A stretch of 29,673 nt of DNA from a virus (lineage: Duplodnaviria; Caudoviricetes): the IMG/VR virus record IMGVR_UViG_3300035164_000608, positions 1 through 29,673 of that record; one strand, 5' to 3'. The notes beneath the pieces were generated by a model, which searched no databases, was not told where the DNA came from, and saw only the letters and a list, made by a program, of their open reading frames with translations. Below, in pieces: positions 14,830 through 24,620 of this stretch (position 1 is its first letter; each line of letters begins with the position of its first letter). A program made the position numbers and the translations under genes.

Positions 14830-16929
14830 ATGTCTCAAACAACATTTGTAAACGGCAGTGGCCGTAGAGTAAATTTACCAAGTGATGCTGGACCAACTCC
14901 TGAAGTCACTAAAGTAGAAGTAAAAGAAAGAGAAAGCTCATTTGCGTTTACTACTCTTAGAAGAGGTAAATACACTGTTAATACTTCTTCTTCCCCAGCT
15001 GGTCCATTAACGGTTGTAGAACTTGATAGATTTTACGCAAAGGTAAAAGTTACTTATGTTAGAAGTTTTACTAGAGCAGAGGTAGAAGCTGCTATTGGAA
15101 AAGATGCTGCTGACGCTTTGGCAGCTCAGTCTTCTCAAATGGAAGCTCAATCTAAAGAACTTATAAAAGATCTACAATTTGATAAAATGAATTTAGAAGG
15201 AGTCAGCAATAAAAACTTTGCTGAATCTGGTGGTATGAAAGGAATAATGGACTTTGTAAAAAAGAATCATACAATAACTAAAAGACCTTTACTAGCAAAA
15301 GCTACTGAAAATTTAGGTGATGGTTCTGCTAAAGGTAGTTCTAATCAAATGGGCTCAATAGCATCAATAACTGGTAGTCCAAAAGCTTTTGGATTTTTAA
15401 AAAAGATAACCACGCAATTTAATTCTTCTGCTAATAAAAAAATAACTAAGAAAACATTTCCTAAATTTACAGAAAAACAATTAAATAAAATAAGTTCTTC
15501 TGTAGCACTAAATGCATCAAAAGCAGAAGTGTCGTTGCAGCCCGAAAACGAGCCTAAAACAAAAGCAAGTGCTGAACTAGTTAAAGTTTATAAAACAAAG
15601 CTTAAAGATAACTTAAACAATGCTGGTTCAAAATTAGATACAAGCTCTCCATTTGGTGGAATTGGAAGACCGGGTGCGAATATGTTTGCACAACTTATGT
15701 CTAAAGCAAGAGGAATAGTTGGAACCGGTTCAGGAGATATATTTGAAAAAGTAGAAGCCTCACAATTTAATCCTGAAAAATTTAAAAATTTTATTGATAC
15801 TAATTTAGAAACTAATGTAAGAAGTAACGTAAGTGTTGGAGATACCATAAAAGCTAATCCTAGTAATATTCAAACCACAACATCAGCAGCTGATGGTTTT
15901 AAAGGATTTAATACTGCAAGTTCTTATGAATTTAAAAAAATAGCTTCTTTAGAAGAATTAATAGGAAAGTTTGAAAATTCTTCTAGAAGAAAATCAACCG
16001 GCTTAGATAAATTTGGTTGTATTATATTTGGATGGACAAAGCACTTAGTTGGTGCACCAAGTAAAGTTGATGCAGCAGAAATACATAGACTTACTAAAAT
16101 ATATGATAGAAATAATTTAATAAATACTTTAGGAAGTACTGAACAAGCTGACTCTAGAATATCCATAAAACCAAGAGAGTACGGAATACAAGCTCACTTT
16201 GTAATTCTTAGAAATGGAGATATTCAAGAGGGTAGACCATTAAACCTTACTAGAAATAAAGATTACTCTCAGTTTGCTTTATCTGGTGTAAAAGTTGTTT
16301 TTGTAGCAAGTGATACTTCACCGGTTACTACTAAACAAATGGATTCATTTAATATAATGATAAAGGCTTGGTTAACTATAACAAAAGGTTCTGGTCAAGT
16401 GTTTTCTGATTTTGAGATAGATCCTGAATATGATGGCCCTGGATTTGATGCTAAAGAAGTAGTAAAGAGTATACATGACGTAGAATTTTTAATATCTAGT
16501 CCATCAGATCTAGAAGAAATACCTGATCCTAAACAATTAGCTATGACTAAACCAAACAAGATAGCTCAAGCTACTAAAGGAGGTAGCTTTCCAAAAGATC
16601 TTAATAACTTAGATAAAGAAATAGCGAGGAGAATAGAATCAGAAGCATTTCAAAAAGATACAGAAAATGCTAAAAACGTCTTTCAAAATGAAACAGGTAA
16701 TGCTATTTCAGGTATGAATGATAAGATTGATGAACTTAGTGCGGCTGGAAAATTGCCAGAGGGAATCGGTAAAGCTTTAAAAGATTCAAAAATATCAAAC
16801 CTAGAAGGCTTAGTAAAAGGATCTGGTGGAAAGATAGATAGCATTGTAAACTCTTTGCAAAGTGCTCCAAATAAAACATTAGCTCAAAAAGAAAGTATAG
16901 CAAAAGATTTATTTAGTAAGTTTAAGTAG
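14830..16929 (+). CDS. Large baseplate-locus protein with a degenerate amidase_2 (T7 lysozyme/PGRP-like) domain
   Basis: GIQAHFVILRNGDIQEGRP...T.KQ..S......W...PGFD at about 16010-16460 aligns with the T7 lysozyme fold, but the Zn-ligand positions are substituted. Confidence 0.65.
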   Translation: MSQTTFVNGSGRRVNLPSDAGPTPEVTKVEVKERESSFAFTTLRRGKYTVNTSSSPAGPLTVVELDRFYAKVKVTYVRSFTRAEVEAAIGKDAADALAAQSSQMEAQSKELIKDLQFDKMNLEGVSNKNFAESGGMKGIMDFVKKNHTITKRPLLAKATENLGDGSAKGSSNQMGSIASITGSPKAFGFLKKITTQFNSSANKKITKKTFPKFTEKQLNKISSSVALNASKAEVSLQPENEPKTKASAELVKVYKTKLKDNLNNAGSKLDTSSPFGGIGRPGANMFAQLMSKARGIVGTGSGDIFEKVEASQFNPEKFKNFIDTNLETNVRSNVSVGDTIKANPSNIQTTTSAADGFKGFNTASSYEFKKIASLEELIGKFENSSRRKSTGLDKFGCIIFGWTKHLVGAPSKVDAAEIHRLTKIYDRNNLINTLGSTEQADSRISIKPREYGIQAHFVILRNGDIQEGRPLNLTRNKDYSQFALSGVKVVFVASDTSPVTTKQMDSFNIMIKAWLTITKGSGQVFSDFEIDPEYDGPGFDAKEVVKSIHDVEFLISSPSDLEEIPDPKQLAMTKPNKIAQATKGGSFPKDLNNLDKEIARRIESEAFQKDTENAKNVFQNETGNAISGMNDKIDELSAAGKLPEGIGKALKDSKISNLEGLVKGSGGKIDSIVNSLQSAPNKTLAQKESIAKDLFSKFK

Positions 16930-16937
16930 GATAAGAG

Positions 16938-18317
16938 ATGGGAAAAGAATTACAAAATCAAAATACGTACGTAGATGACGCAGAATATATTTCTGCTAAA
17001 AAAGCCACTGATGGAAGAAGTGACCCTAATGAAATATTTCCAAAACCAGAATATGTTGGAACTACCTCTGTAAATAATGTAGCAACTGGAGCTAAAGAAA
17101 AGCACGTATATCTAGGTGGTTCTACTGAAAACATGGATTTTGAATTAAAAACAGAAGCTCCTTCTCAATATCCACTAAATCAAGTAAAAGAAACTACTTC
17201 TGGTCATATAGTAGAATACGACGATACAGAAGGTCGCCAAAGGATAATGATAAGACATCGAACTGGATCTGGTGTAGAGATGCGAGCTGATGGAACTGTA
17301 ATATTAAGTTCAACTCAAAATTCTATAAGAGTTACTGCTGCAGATGAAAAAGTTATAGTTGAAGGCGATGGAGAAATAGTTTACAATGGCAACTTAAAGA
17401 TGAAGGTTGCGGGCGATTTTGATTTAGAAGTCGGCGGTAACTTTACAACTAGCGTTGCTGGTGATATTGATGAAGTAGTAAAAGGAAGTAAAGTTTCGGA
17501 TATTGCAGAAAATAAAGAAGTAGCTATTCAAGGAAATAACGCCGAAACAGTGCTTGGAACTAAAACAGAAACAGTATTGGGAAACGTTTTTTTAACTCAT
17601 AAAGGTAATCTTGATCATGATATAATGGGTAATTCAGAAATCGCTGTAGGAAAAGAAGCTATTCTTACTGCTGAAAATGGAATAGTAATATCTTCTCTCG
17701 ACATAAACATGGCAGCTTCATCGTTAACAGTTATTGGAGACAGCGGAACAGTAGGAGGACAAGAAATAGTTACATATGCAAAGGCAGCTCATATTCCTAG
17801 AGTTAACTCTACTTCAGTGCATGCTACGACATTTCACGGTGACTTAACAGGAGTAGCAGAAAAAGCAAATGAGGCAAACAAAGCTGGAACTGCAGCCCTA
17901 GGGCCTCCCGGCACTGGCGGTACTCCAACAGTAACCACTGCCACTGATAAAAACACAGCGCAACCTACAGCAACTATAATGTTGGATTATTTAAATCAAA
18001 CTAATTTAGGAATAAGAAGAGTAGACGTGGATCCATTTGAAGACTTTAAAAATTCAGTAAATAGAGAAGAAAATTATGGAGGAGTATCAGCAGTAGATTT
18101 AAGCACATCTTTAGCTCGATCTAAACTTAGAGATCCAAATAATTTAAAAAATCAGACTTTTACTGGAGCTTTGGTAACTGAAGGAATCATATCTCCTAAT
18201 TTTGCAATACCAGTTCTCCCTAAATTTGGAAGAATAGTAGGACCAGAAAAAACACCAAGACGAGGCTCAGAATCAATTGGAAGTCAAGATGGTAGAACAA
18301 AAATATTTAGAGCATAG
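16938..18317 (+). CDS. gp5: gp5 C-terminal part (beta-helix spike)
   Basis: YPLNQVKETTSGHIVEYDDT.GR.RI..RHRTG...E...DG followed by 8-residue VxGx repeats (VEGD, VAGD, VGGN, VAGD, VKGS, IQGN, VLGT, VLGN). Confidence 0.85.
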   Translation: MGKELQNQNTYVDDAEYISAKKATDGRSDPNEIFPKPEYVGTTSVNNVATGAKEKHVYLGGSTENMDFELKTEAPSQYPLNQVKETTSGHIVEYDDTEGRQRIMIRHRTGSGVEMRADGTVILSSTQNSIRVTAADEKVIVEGDGEIVYNGNLKMKVAGDFDLEVGGNFTTSVAGDIDEVVKGSKVSDIAENKEVAIQGNNAETVLGTKTETVLGNVFLTHKGNLDHDIMGNSEIAVGKEAILTAENGIVISSLDINMAASSLTVIGDSGTVGGQEIVTYAKAAHIPRVNSTSVHATTFHGDLTGVAEKANEANKAGTAALGPPGTGGTPTVTTATDKNTAQPTATIMLDYLNQTNLGIRRVDVDPFEDFKNSVNREENYGGVSAVDLSTSLARSKLRDPNNLKNQTFTGALVTEGIISPNFAIPVLPKFGRIVGPEKTPRRGSESIGSQDGRTKIFRA

Positions 18318-18319
18318 TT

Positions 18320-18970
18320 ATGACATTAACATTTAAAACGGACGTAGTTCCAAATCCAAAATTTAATCCAGTATTTCAAGACGAAATATCTGCCAGAACT
18401 AGATTAGCGCCTGGGATTACTATGGCAAAGTTTCTAGGAAGTAAAGGTGATCCAGTAACTATGAGTCATTTAGTTACTGACGCAGAAAAAAAGACATTAG
18501 CAAAACAATATTATCTTCATGCAGAAGCTATGAAAACTATTAATGATTCAAAAGGAATAAAAGAATTTGAAGACTACAGACTTGAAGTATTAGAAGGGCT
18601 TTACATTCCAAATCCAAATGAAAAAGTTGATGTGAGTACCGGAATAAACCATTTATTACAAAACGGTCAAGCAGTAGTTTATGTTTTGAGAGATACTACT
18701 GGAAGAATAGCTTTAGATAAGACGTTTGATCTTGCAGTGTATTGGAAAGATAATTTAGATTTTGAAAAAATGATATTAGATTATGATAACTATAATCCAG
18801 ATGAATCTCTACATGCTTGTATTATACTCATAATGCCACAAATAGTAGCACCATGGAGTGTAACTTACAATAATGAACTAGAAACAAGATTTAATAATAA
18901 CGTTCAAACTACAAATGAGTTAATAGAAGTATTAGATCCAAATGAAAATTTTGAAATACTAGATATTTGA
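18320..18970 (+). CDS. Hypothetical protein, possibly a degenerate peptidase M15-like fold
   Basis: RLAPGITMAKF, VLEGLY, H...NGQAVVY, DFEKMILDY resemble phage M15A motifs (LS..FTL.E, SGYR, SxHxxGQAxD, FDQLILE) without the full metal ligands. Confidence 0.5.
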   Translation: MTLTFKTDVVPNPKFNPVFQDEISARTRLAPGITMAKFLGSKGDPVTMSHLVTDAEKKTLAKQYYLHAEAMKTINDSKGIKEFEDYRLEVLEGLYIPNPNEKVDVSTGINHLLQNGQAVVYVLRDTTGRIALDKTFDLAVYWKDNLDFEKMILDYDNYNPDESLHACIILIMPQIVAPWSVTYNNELETRFNNNVQTTNELIEVLDPNENFEILDI

Positions 18971-18978
18971 TATAAATA
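18971..18978 (+). promoter_or_regulatory. T4-type late promoter TATAAATA
   Basis: Exact consensus immediately after the stop codon, upstream of the gp25 RBS. Confidence 0.8.
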
Positions 18979-18994
18979 GACAAAAGGATTTTAA

Positions 18995-19438
18995 ATGCCA
19001 ACAAGAGCTTTTTCAATAGAAGATGGAAACATCGGAAACACTAGCATTTTAACTGCTAAAAATAACGTATATGTCGATTTAGATTTGACTTTTGCTAAAA
19101 AAGGTTCTGGAGACATTTTTAAGAAACAACACGGTGCTGCGGTAAAGCAAGCAATAAGAAACTTATTATTAACTAATTTCTCTGAAAAACCTTTTTTACC
19201 AACATTTGGCGGAGATTTAAACTCAATGCTATTTAGATTAAGCACAGACATAGACGATGACAGCTTAGAAGATGATATAATAAAAGCCATTGAAACTTAT
19301 GAACCAAGAGCTAAAGTGCTAGGAGTATCAACTTTAATAAGTCCAGATAATCATGAAGTAAAAGCAACTGTGACGTTTCAAGTAATAAACACATTAGAAG
19401 AATCATTTGTAGAAATATCATTAACGAGGTTAAGATAA
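18995..19438 (+). CDS. gp25: Baseplate wedge subunit gp25
   Basis: YVDLDL.F...AVKQAIRNLLLTN..EKPF.P.FG......LF...I..YEPRA...L.RLR. Confidence 0.95.
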   Translation: MPTRAFSIEDGNIGNTSILTAKNNVYVDLDLTFAKKGSGDIFKKQHGAAVKQAIRNLLLTNFSEKPFLPTFGGDLNSMLFRLSTDIDDDSLEDDIIKAIETYEPRAKVLGVSTLISPDNHEVKATVTFQVINTLEESFVEISLTRLR

Positions 19439-21267
19439 TGGCAACAACAATTAAATCAACTCAACTAGATTTTGATACTATTAAAAACAAGTTGAAAGAT
19501 AAACTTAAAGAACAGACAGAATTTACTGATTATAACTTTGAAGCTTCTGGACTTAATAATCTATTAGACGTATTAGCTTATAATTCTCATTTTAATGGTC
19601 TTACAGCAAACTTTGCTCTAAACGAAAGTTTTCTTAACACTGCTCAACTTCGAAGCTCAGTTGTTGCTCATGCTGAAACTCTTGGTTATGTTCCAAATTC
19701 ATATTCATCTTCTCAAGCAAAGTTAAACTTGTCTATACTAGTTCCTGTAGAGCCTAGACCTACAAGTGTTACTTTAGAAAGAGGAGCAACTTTTACGAGT
19801 AGTGTGGATGACGTAAGTTATACTTTTCAAACCCGTGAAAACTTCGTAGCAAGTGACGACGGAACTGGTTCTTATCAATTTAAAACATCTACTGGAGATA
19901 CTGCCATACCAGTCTTTGAAGGGATAGAAAGAGAAAAAACTTTTATAGTAGGAGAAAAAACAGATTCTCAAATTTATGTCATACCTGATGTTACCATGGA
20001 CATATCCACTATTAGAGTCAGAGTCTTTGATACTACAACTGGAACAACTTTTGCGACTTATACTAACATCAAAGACGCTGTAAGAGTAACAGACGATTCT
20101 ACTTACTATCAAATAAAAGAAGTTCCTAATGGTTATTATGAGTTAATATTTGGAGATGGCATATCAAGTGGAAAAGCTCCTGTATCAGGAAATAAAATAC
20201 TAGTTGATTATCTTTCAACTAAAGGAACAGCTGCAAATGGTGCTACAACTTTTACTACAAATGTAGCACTGAGTGTAGGCGGAAATTCATATCCATTAAG
20301 CGCTACTACGAGTTCTTCTTCGGCCGGAGGAGCATTTAAAGAGTCTATAGAATCAATAAGAAGAAACGCTCCAATTGCCTTTAGTTCTCAAAGAAGATTA
20401 GTAACTGCAGAAGACTATAGAGCTCAAATTTTAGCTAATTATGGTTCATATCTAGATGATGTTATAGCATGGGGTGGTCATGATAACGTACCACAAGTTT
20501 ATGGAAGAGTATACGCAGGATTAAAATTTAAAAATAACATAGACACTTCAACTCAAACACAAGTCAAAGATGATATCGTAAATGAACTATCAGAAAATTT
20601 AGGTATTATGTCTATAGATCTTGTTTTTGCAGACGCTATAACTACAAAACTTGAACTTTCTACTTTTTTTAATTTAGATCCAGACTTAACGAGTTCAACT
20701 TCTCAATCTATAGAAAATCAAGTAAAAAGCACTATTAATTCTTTCTTTAATACTAACTTAAAAAAGTTTAACAAGGTTTTTAGAAGATCTTCTTTATTAA
20801 CCACAATAGATGCTTTGGATGTTGCTATATTAAATTCAAGAATGGATGTGAAGATGCAAAGAGAACAAGCAATAGATGTTGGCCAATCTTTAACTTATAC
20901 TATAAACTTTCCAGCAGCTATAGCACAACCAGATGATGTCAATAGAATATTAACTACTTCATTATTTACTTTTAATGGAAAAACATGTTCAATAAGAAAT
21001 GTTTTAAATTCTAACAAATTACAAATAGTCGATAATGAAGGAACAACACAAATTGATAACATAGGAAGCTATGATGCTTCAGTTGGCACAGTTTCTCTTG
21101 TTGGGTTTAATCCTACAGCTTTACAAGGACAAACTCTTCAAGTAAGTGTCGTACCAGCAAATCAAAGTACTATAAGGCCTTTACGTAATTTTATATTAGA
21201 TATAGATAATGTAAAGTCAATACCAATAGCACAGTTAGACTTTCAGAACACTTTAGTAACGTTGTAA
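19438..21267 (+). CDS. gp6: Baseplate wedge subunit gp6
   Basis: LDFD.IK..L...FTDYNFEASGL..LLDVLAYN...NESFL.TA..RSSVV.HA..LGY.P, FGDG..GK, ESIESIR..AP......R.VTAEDY. Confidence 0.95.
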   Translation: MATTIKSTQLDFDTIKNKLKDKLKEQTEFTDYNFEASGLNNLLDVLAYNSHFNGLTANFALNESFLNTAQLRSSVVAHAETLGYVPNSYSSSQAKLNLSILVPVEPRPTSVTLERGATFTSSVDDVSYTFQTRENFVASDDGTGSYQFKTSTGDTAIPVFEGIEREKTFIVGEKTDSQIYVIPDVTMDISTIRVRVFDTTTGTTFATYTNIKDAVRVTDDSTYYQIKEVPNGYYELIFGDGISSGKAPVSGNKILVDYLSTKGTAANGATTFTTNVALSVGGNSYPLSATTSSSSAGGAFKESIESIRRNAPIAFSSQRRLVTAEDYRAQILANYGSYLDDVIAWGGHDNVPQVYGRVYAGLKFKNNIDTSTQTQVKDDIVNELSENLGIMSIDLVFADAITTKLELSTFFNLDPDLTSSTSQSIENQVKSTINSFFNTNLKKFNKVFRRSSLLTTIDALDVAILNSRMDVKMQREQAIDVGQSLTYTINFPAAIAQPDDVNRILTTSLFTFNGKTCSIRNVLNSNKLQIVDNEGTTQIDNIGSYDASVGTVSLVGFNPTALQGQTLQVSVVPANQSTIRPLRNFILDIDNVKSIPIAQLDFQNTLVTL

Positions 21268-21268
21268 C

Positions 21269-22237
21269 ATGGCAATAAATTTTCATCATAATAGAAGACC
21301 AAAGAACTTTTTAAACAGGAAAGTTACTGAGGCTCTACCAGAACATTTTACTGGTGATTATTCTAAGTTTATTACTTTCTTAGAAAAATATTATCAACAG
21401 TTAGATTCTGATGCAGATACTTCTTTTGGTAATGAGATTCGCCAATTATTTGCTTTAAGAGACGCAGGTGAAACTACAAGAATAGATAACTTAATATCAC
21501 AAATTGGAAGTGGTATACCTAATGGAGATAACTTTACAGATCCTAGGTATGCAGCCAGAAGATTAGCAGAGTTACAAAGAAACAAAGGTACAAAATTTGC
21601 TATAGAAGAATTTTTTAGATTGTTCTTTCAAGACCGTATAACAGTCGAATACGGAAAAGACAAGTTGTTTATAGTAGGAGCAGGAGATTCAAATGTTCCA
21701 GCTTCGCTGATAGGACCAGAATCTTTGAAAGTTATACAGAATGGAAAGCTTTTTCAAGTGTTTTCTATTCTTATAAAAACAGCTTTATCTAGTAATACTT
21801 GGGAACAACTTTACAAAAAATTTATTCATCCAGCTGGATTTTATTTTCAAGGAGAAGTTACTACTGATACTGAGGCTTCAATAGCTCCAATTGCTCAAGG
21901 TTTTATTAATGATTTTGATTCTGGTGTCGTGCCATTAATATCACAGGCCTCTATGATAGCAGTTGCGCCATTTACACAGCTTACTGCTCTAATAGACTCA
22001 GATCAAAATGGAAGTAACGATTTTAGAGTAGGATTAGATCAGTTAGTAAGTGTATATCAAACTTTAACACCTACACAAATTGATACATTCTACTCGAGTA
22101 TAAGTGAACTAATTGGACCAAATTCATTTAAGTTTGATGACGAAAGCGATGGCTCAGCAAGACCAGACTTCTCGCTATCAACTGAGACAATGGATAATGA
22201 AATATTCGGAAATTATTTAATTGATTCAACTTTCTAG
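21269..22237 (+). CDS. gp7: Baseplate wedge subunit (short gp7-like)
   Basis: LPE.F..DY.KFI.FLE.YY, KGT..AIE.FFRLFF, YK.FIHPAGF...GE; follows gp6. Confidence 0.7.
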   Translation: MAINFHHNRRPKNFLNRKVTEALPEHFTGDYSKFITFLEKYYQQLDSDADTSFGNEIRQLFALRDAGETTRIDNLISQIGSGIPNGDNFTDPRYAARRLAELQRNKGTKFAIEEFFRLFFQDRITVEYGKDKLFIVGAGDSNVPASLIGPESLKVIQNGKLFQVFSILIKTALSSNTWEQLYKKFIHPAGFYFQGEVTTDTEASIAPIAQGFINDFDSGVVPLISQASMIAVAPFTQLTALIDSDQNGSNDFRVGLDQLVSVYQTLTPTQIDTFYSSISELIGPNSFKFDDESDGSARPDFSLSTETMDNEIFGNYLIDSTF

Positions 22238-22245
22238 TATAAATA
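22238..22245 (+). promoter_or_regulatory. T4-type late promoter TATAAATA
   Basis: Exact consensus immediately after the gp7 stop codon. Confidence 0.8.
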
Positions 22246-22267
22246 GAACTATTATTTAGGATAAAAA

Positions 22268-23215
22268 ATGACAAGACAAAATATTAATACAGGAGCAGCA
22301 GCTAACGACGGTACAGGAGATACCTTACGATCTGCTGGTACTAAAATTAATTCAAATTTTATTGAACTATATAACTTCCTAGGAGCTGAAGGAGATAGTA
22401 GTACTTTAGCTTCAAGAGTTAAGTTTCAGGACAGTGCTATAGTGTTCGAAGGTTTAACACCAGATGCCAATGAAACACGTTTATTCGCAACAGATCCAAC
22501 TAAAGATAATACTATAACATTACCAGATTCTACTGGAACGGTTGTTTTAGGAGTTGCGGCGCAAACATTAACAAATAAGACTATAGACTTAAGTAAAAAT
22601 ACTATTACAGGCACAACTGCTTTGTTTAATACTGCTCTATCAGATGGTAACTTCACTACGATAGCTGGTACAGAAACTCTAACTAATAAAACTTTAACAT
22701 CACCTTCATTAAATAATCCTAAAATTGCTTCTGGAGCATCTTTAAACGATAATAATGATAATGAATTAATTAAATTTATTCAAACCGGTTCCGCAGTAAA
22801 TGAACTTACAATAGCAAATGGAGCTGGCTCGAATGGACCAGCATTATCTGCAACAGGAGGCGGAGCAAATTTAAATCTATCTTTAACTTCAAAGGGAACT
22901 GGTTCGGTTACATTAAGCAAAGCAGCTTTTAGTTCTTCGACTATAGCGTCAAACGGTGCAGCAAGTACGAGTGCTACATTGATCATAGGTAATAAAAATT
23001 CTGGTGGCACTTTGGCACTTAGTTTAGCTGATGGAACTACTGTAGGTGAATACAAAATTTTTACAAACAAAGGATCAGAGAACTTGGAAGTTACACCAGA
23101 TAATTTTGCGCACGGCACTAAATTTACATTAGCGCAATTTGAAGGATGCACTTGTATATGGGATGGATCAAACTGGTTTTTAGTAGGAAACCAAAGCCAA
23201 GTAACGGTAGCATAA
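22268..23215 (+). CDS. gp9: Baseplate/tail-fibre connector (gp9/gp10 N-terminal family)
   Basis: MTRQNINTG..ANDGTGD.LR.AG.KIN.NF.ELY N-terminus; TLTNKT fibre-type repeats; WDG.NW near the C-terminus. Confidence 0.75.
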   Translation: MTRQNINTGAAANDGTGDTLRSAGTKINSNFIELYNFLGAEGDSSTLASRVKFQDSAIVFEGLTPDANETRLFATDPTKDNTITLPDSTGTVVLGVAAQTLTNKTIDLSKNTITGTTALFNTALSDGNFTTIAGTETLTNKTLTSPSLNNPKIASGASLNDNNDNELIKFIQTGSAVNELTIANGAGSNGPALSATGGGANLNLSLTSKGTGSVTLSKAAFSSSTIASNGAASTSATLIIGNKNSGGTLALSLADGTTVGEYKIFTNKGSENLEVTPDNFAHGTKFTLAQFEGCTCIWDGSNWFLVGNQSQVTVA

Positions 23216-23225
23216 GGAATAGAAT

Positions 23226-24611
23226 ATGACAGCAATAATTACAGATGTTTTTAAGAAAGATATGCTTCAAAAAGTATTTGACGCGGCAGTGGCTGACAGC
23301 GATAAAATGTACATAGGCATAGGTAAGTCAGAACAATGGGATTCAAGTGAAACTGTTCCTAATCCGACAGATTCACCTAGAACTATAAGACAACTTAGAT
23401 CTGGATTACAATCAGTCAAAAAAGCAGGTGATGTTTCTTTCGTAATTCCAAGACACAACTGGAGTTCAGGTAATACATACAGCGCTTTCGATGACGCTTT
23501 TACCACTATACCTGCTGATACTTATTACGTTTTAACTGATGAGAACCAAGTTTATATATGTTTGCAACAAAGTCAAAAAAATAACGGCGATCCAAATGCA
23601 TCTACAGTTAAGCCAACCGGAACTAGTACCAAACCATTTAAAACTGCAGACGGATATATTTGGAAATTTTTATATTCACTGAGCGCGGCAAGATCAAGTA
23701 AATTCTTATCATCTAACTTTGTTCCAATTCAAAAGATTGACTCTGCAAATGATACTTTTGAAACTCAACAAAAAACTGTGCAAGATGCTGCTTCACCTGG
23801 GCAAATTTTAGGAATTGAAGTAATAAACAATGGAAGTAATTATACAAACGCAACTGTTACTATAAATGGTGATGGCACCGGAGCAACTGCTACGGCCACA
23901 ATCAGTGGAACAACTATATCAAAGATAGAGCTAGATTCAAGCACAGACAGCGCTATAAAAATGGGCCATGGTTATAATTTTGCTAGCGTTTCAATAACAG
24001 GAGATGGTACAGGTGCACAGGCCAGAGCAATAATAGGTCCTGATAGTGGCTTAGGTGCTGATCCTAGAAATGAACTTAAATCAACTTCACTTATGTTTCA
24101 GGTTAAACCAGATGGAACTGAGAGTACAACTCAAAAAGTAAGTGGATCAACTACTAGTGGTTCTTCTTTTATAATTGATCAAGACTTTAGGCAGGTTGCT
24201 CTTATAAAAAATCCAACAGACTCTGCTGGTGTTCTTTATACTGGAACGAGTGGTAAAACTTTAAGATATTTAGAGTTTGCAACTACTTCTCAAGCTTCTT
24301 CTTTTCCTAAAGATGCTATTATCACTTCAGCTTCATCAGCTCAAGCAGTTGTAGATGATATAGACAGCTCTAGAGTTTGGTTTCACCAAAACGATTCAAC
24401 TGGATTTAAACCATTTGTTGAAGGCGAAACTGTTACTGGTGGTGGTGGAAGCGGAACTTTAGTAGCAGGAGGAGTAGATCCAGACACCGACGCATGGGAA
24501 CACGGAGATGTTGAAAAATTGTCCGGACAAGTTTTATATATAGAAAATAGAGCACCAGTTGTAAGATCTGCAAATCAGACTGAAGACATTAAAGTTGTAA
24601 TAACATTATAA
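23226..24611 (+). CDS. gp8: Baseplate wedge subunit gp8
   Basis: YIGIGK...W, VIPR.NW.SG..Y, VY.CL, ST..P, DGYIWKFLY, DFRQV.LIKNP, SGQ.LYIENR.PV.RS..QTEDIK.V. Confidence 0.92.
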   Translation: MTAIITDVFKKDMLQKVFDAAVADSDKMYIGIGKSEQWDSSETVPNPTDSPRTIRQLRSGLQSVKKAGDVSFVIPRHNWSSGNTYSAFDDAFTTIPADTYYVLTDENQVYICLQQSQKNNGDPNASTVKPTGTSTKPFKTADGYIWKFLYSLSAARSSKFLSSNFVPIQKIDSANDTFETQQKTVQDAASPGQILGIEVINNGSNYTNATVTINGDGTGATATATISGTTISKIELDSSTDSAIKMGHGYNFASVSITGDGTGAQARAIIGPDSGLGADPRNELKSTSLMFQVKPDGTESTTQKVSGSTTSGSSFIIDQDFRQVALIKNPTDSAGVLYTGTSGKTLRYLEFATTSQASSFPKDAIITSASSAQAVVDDIDSSRVWFHQNDSTGFKPFVEGETVTGGGGSGTLVAGGVDPDTDAWEHGDVEKLSGQVLYIENRAPVVRSANQTEDIKVVITL

Positions 24612-24620
24612 GGTATAAAG

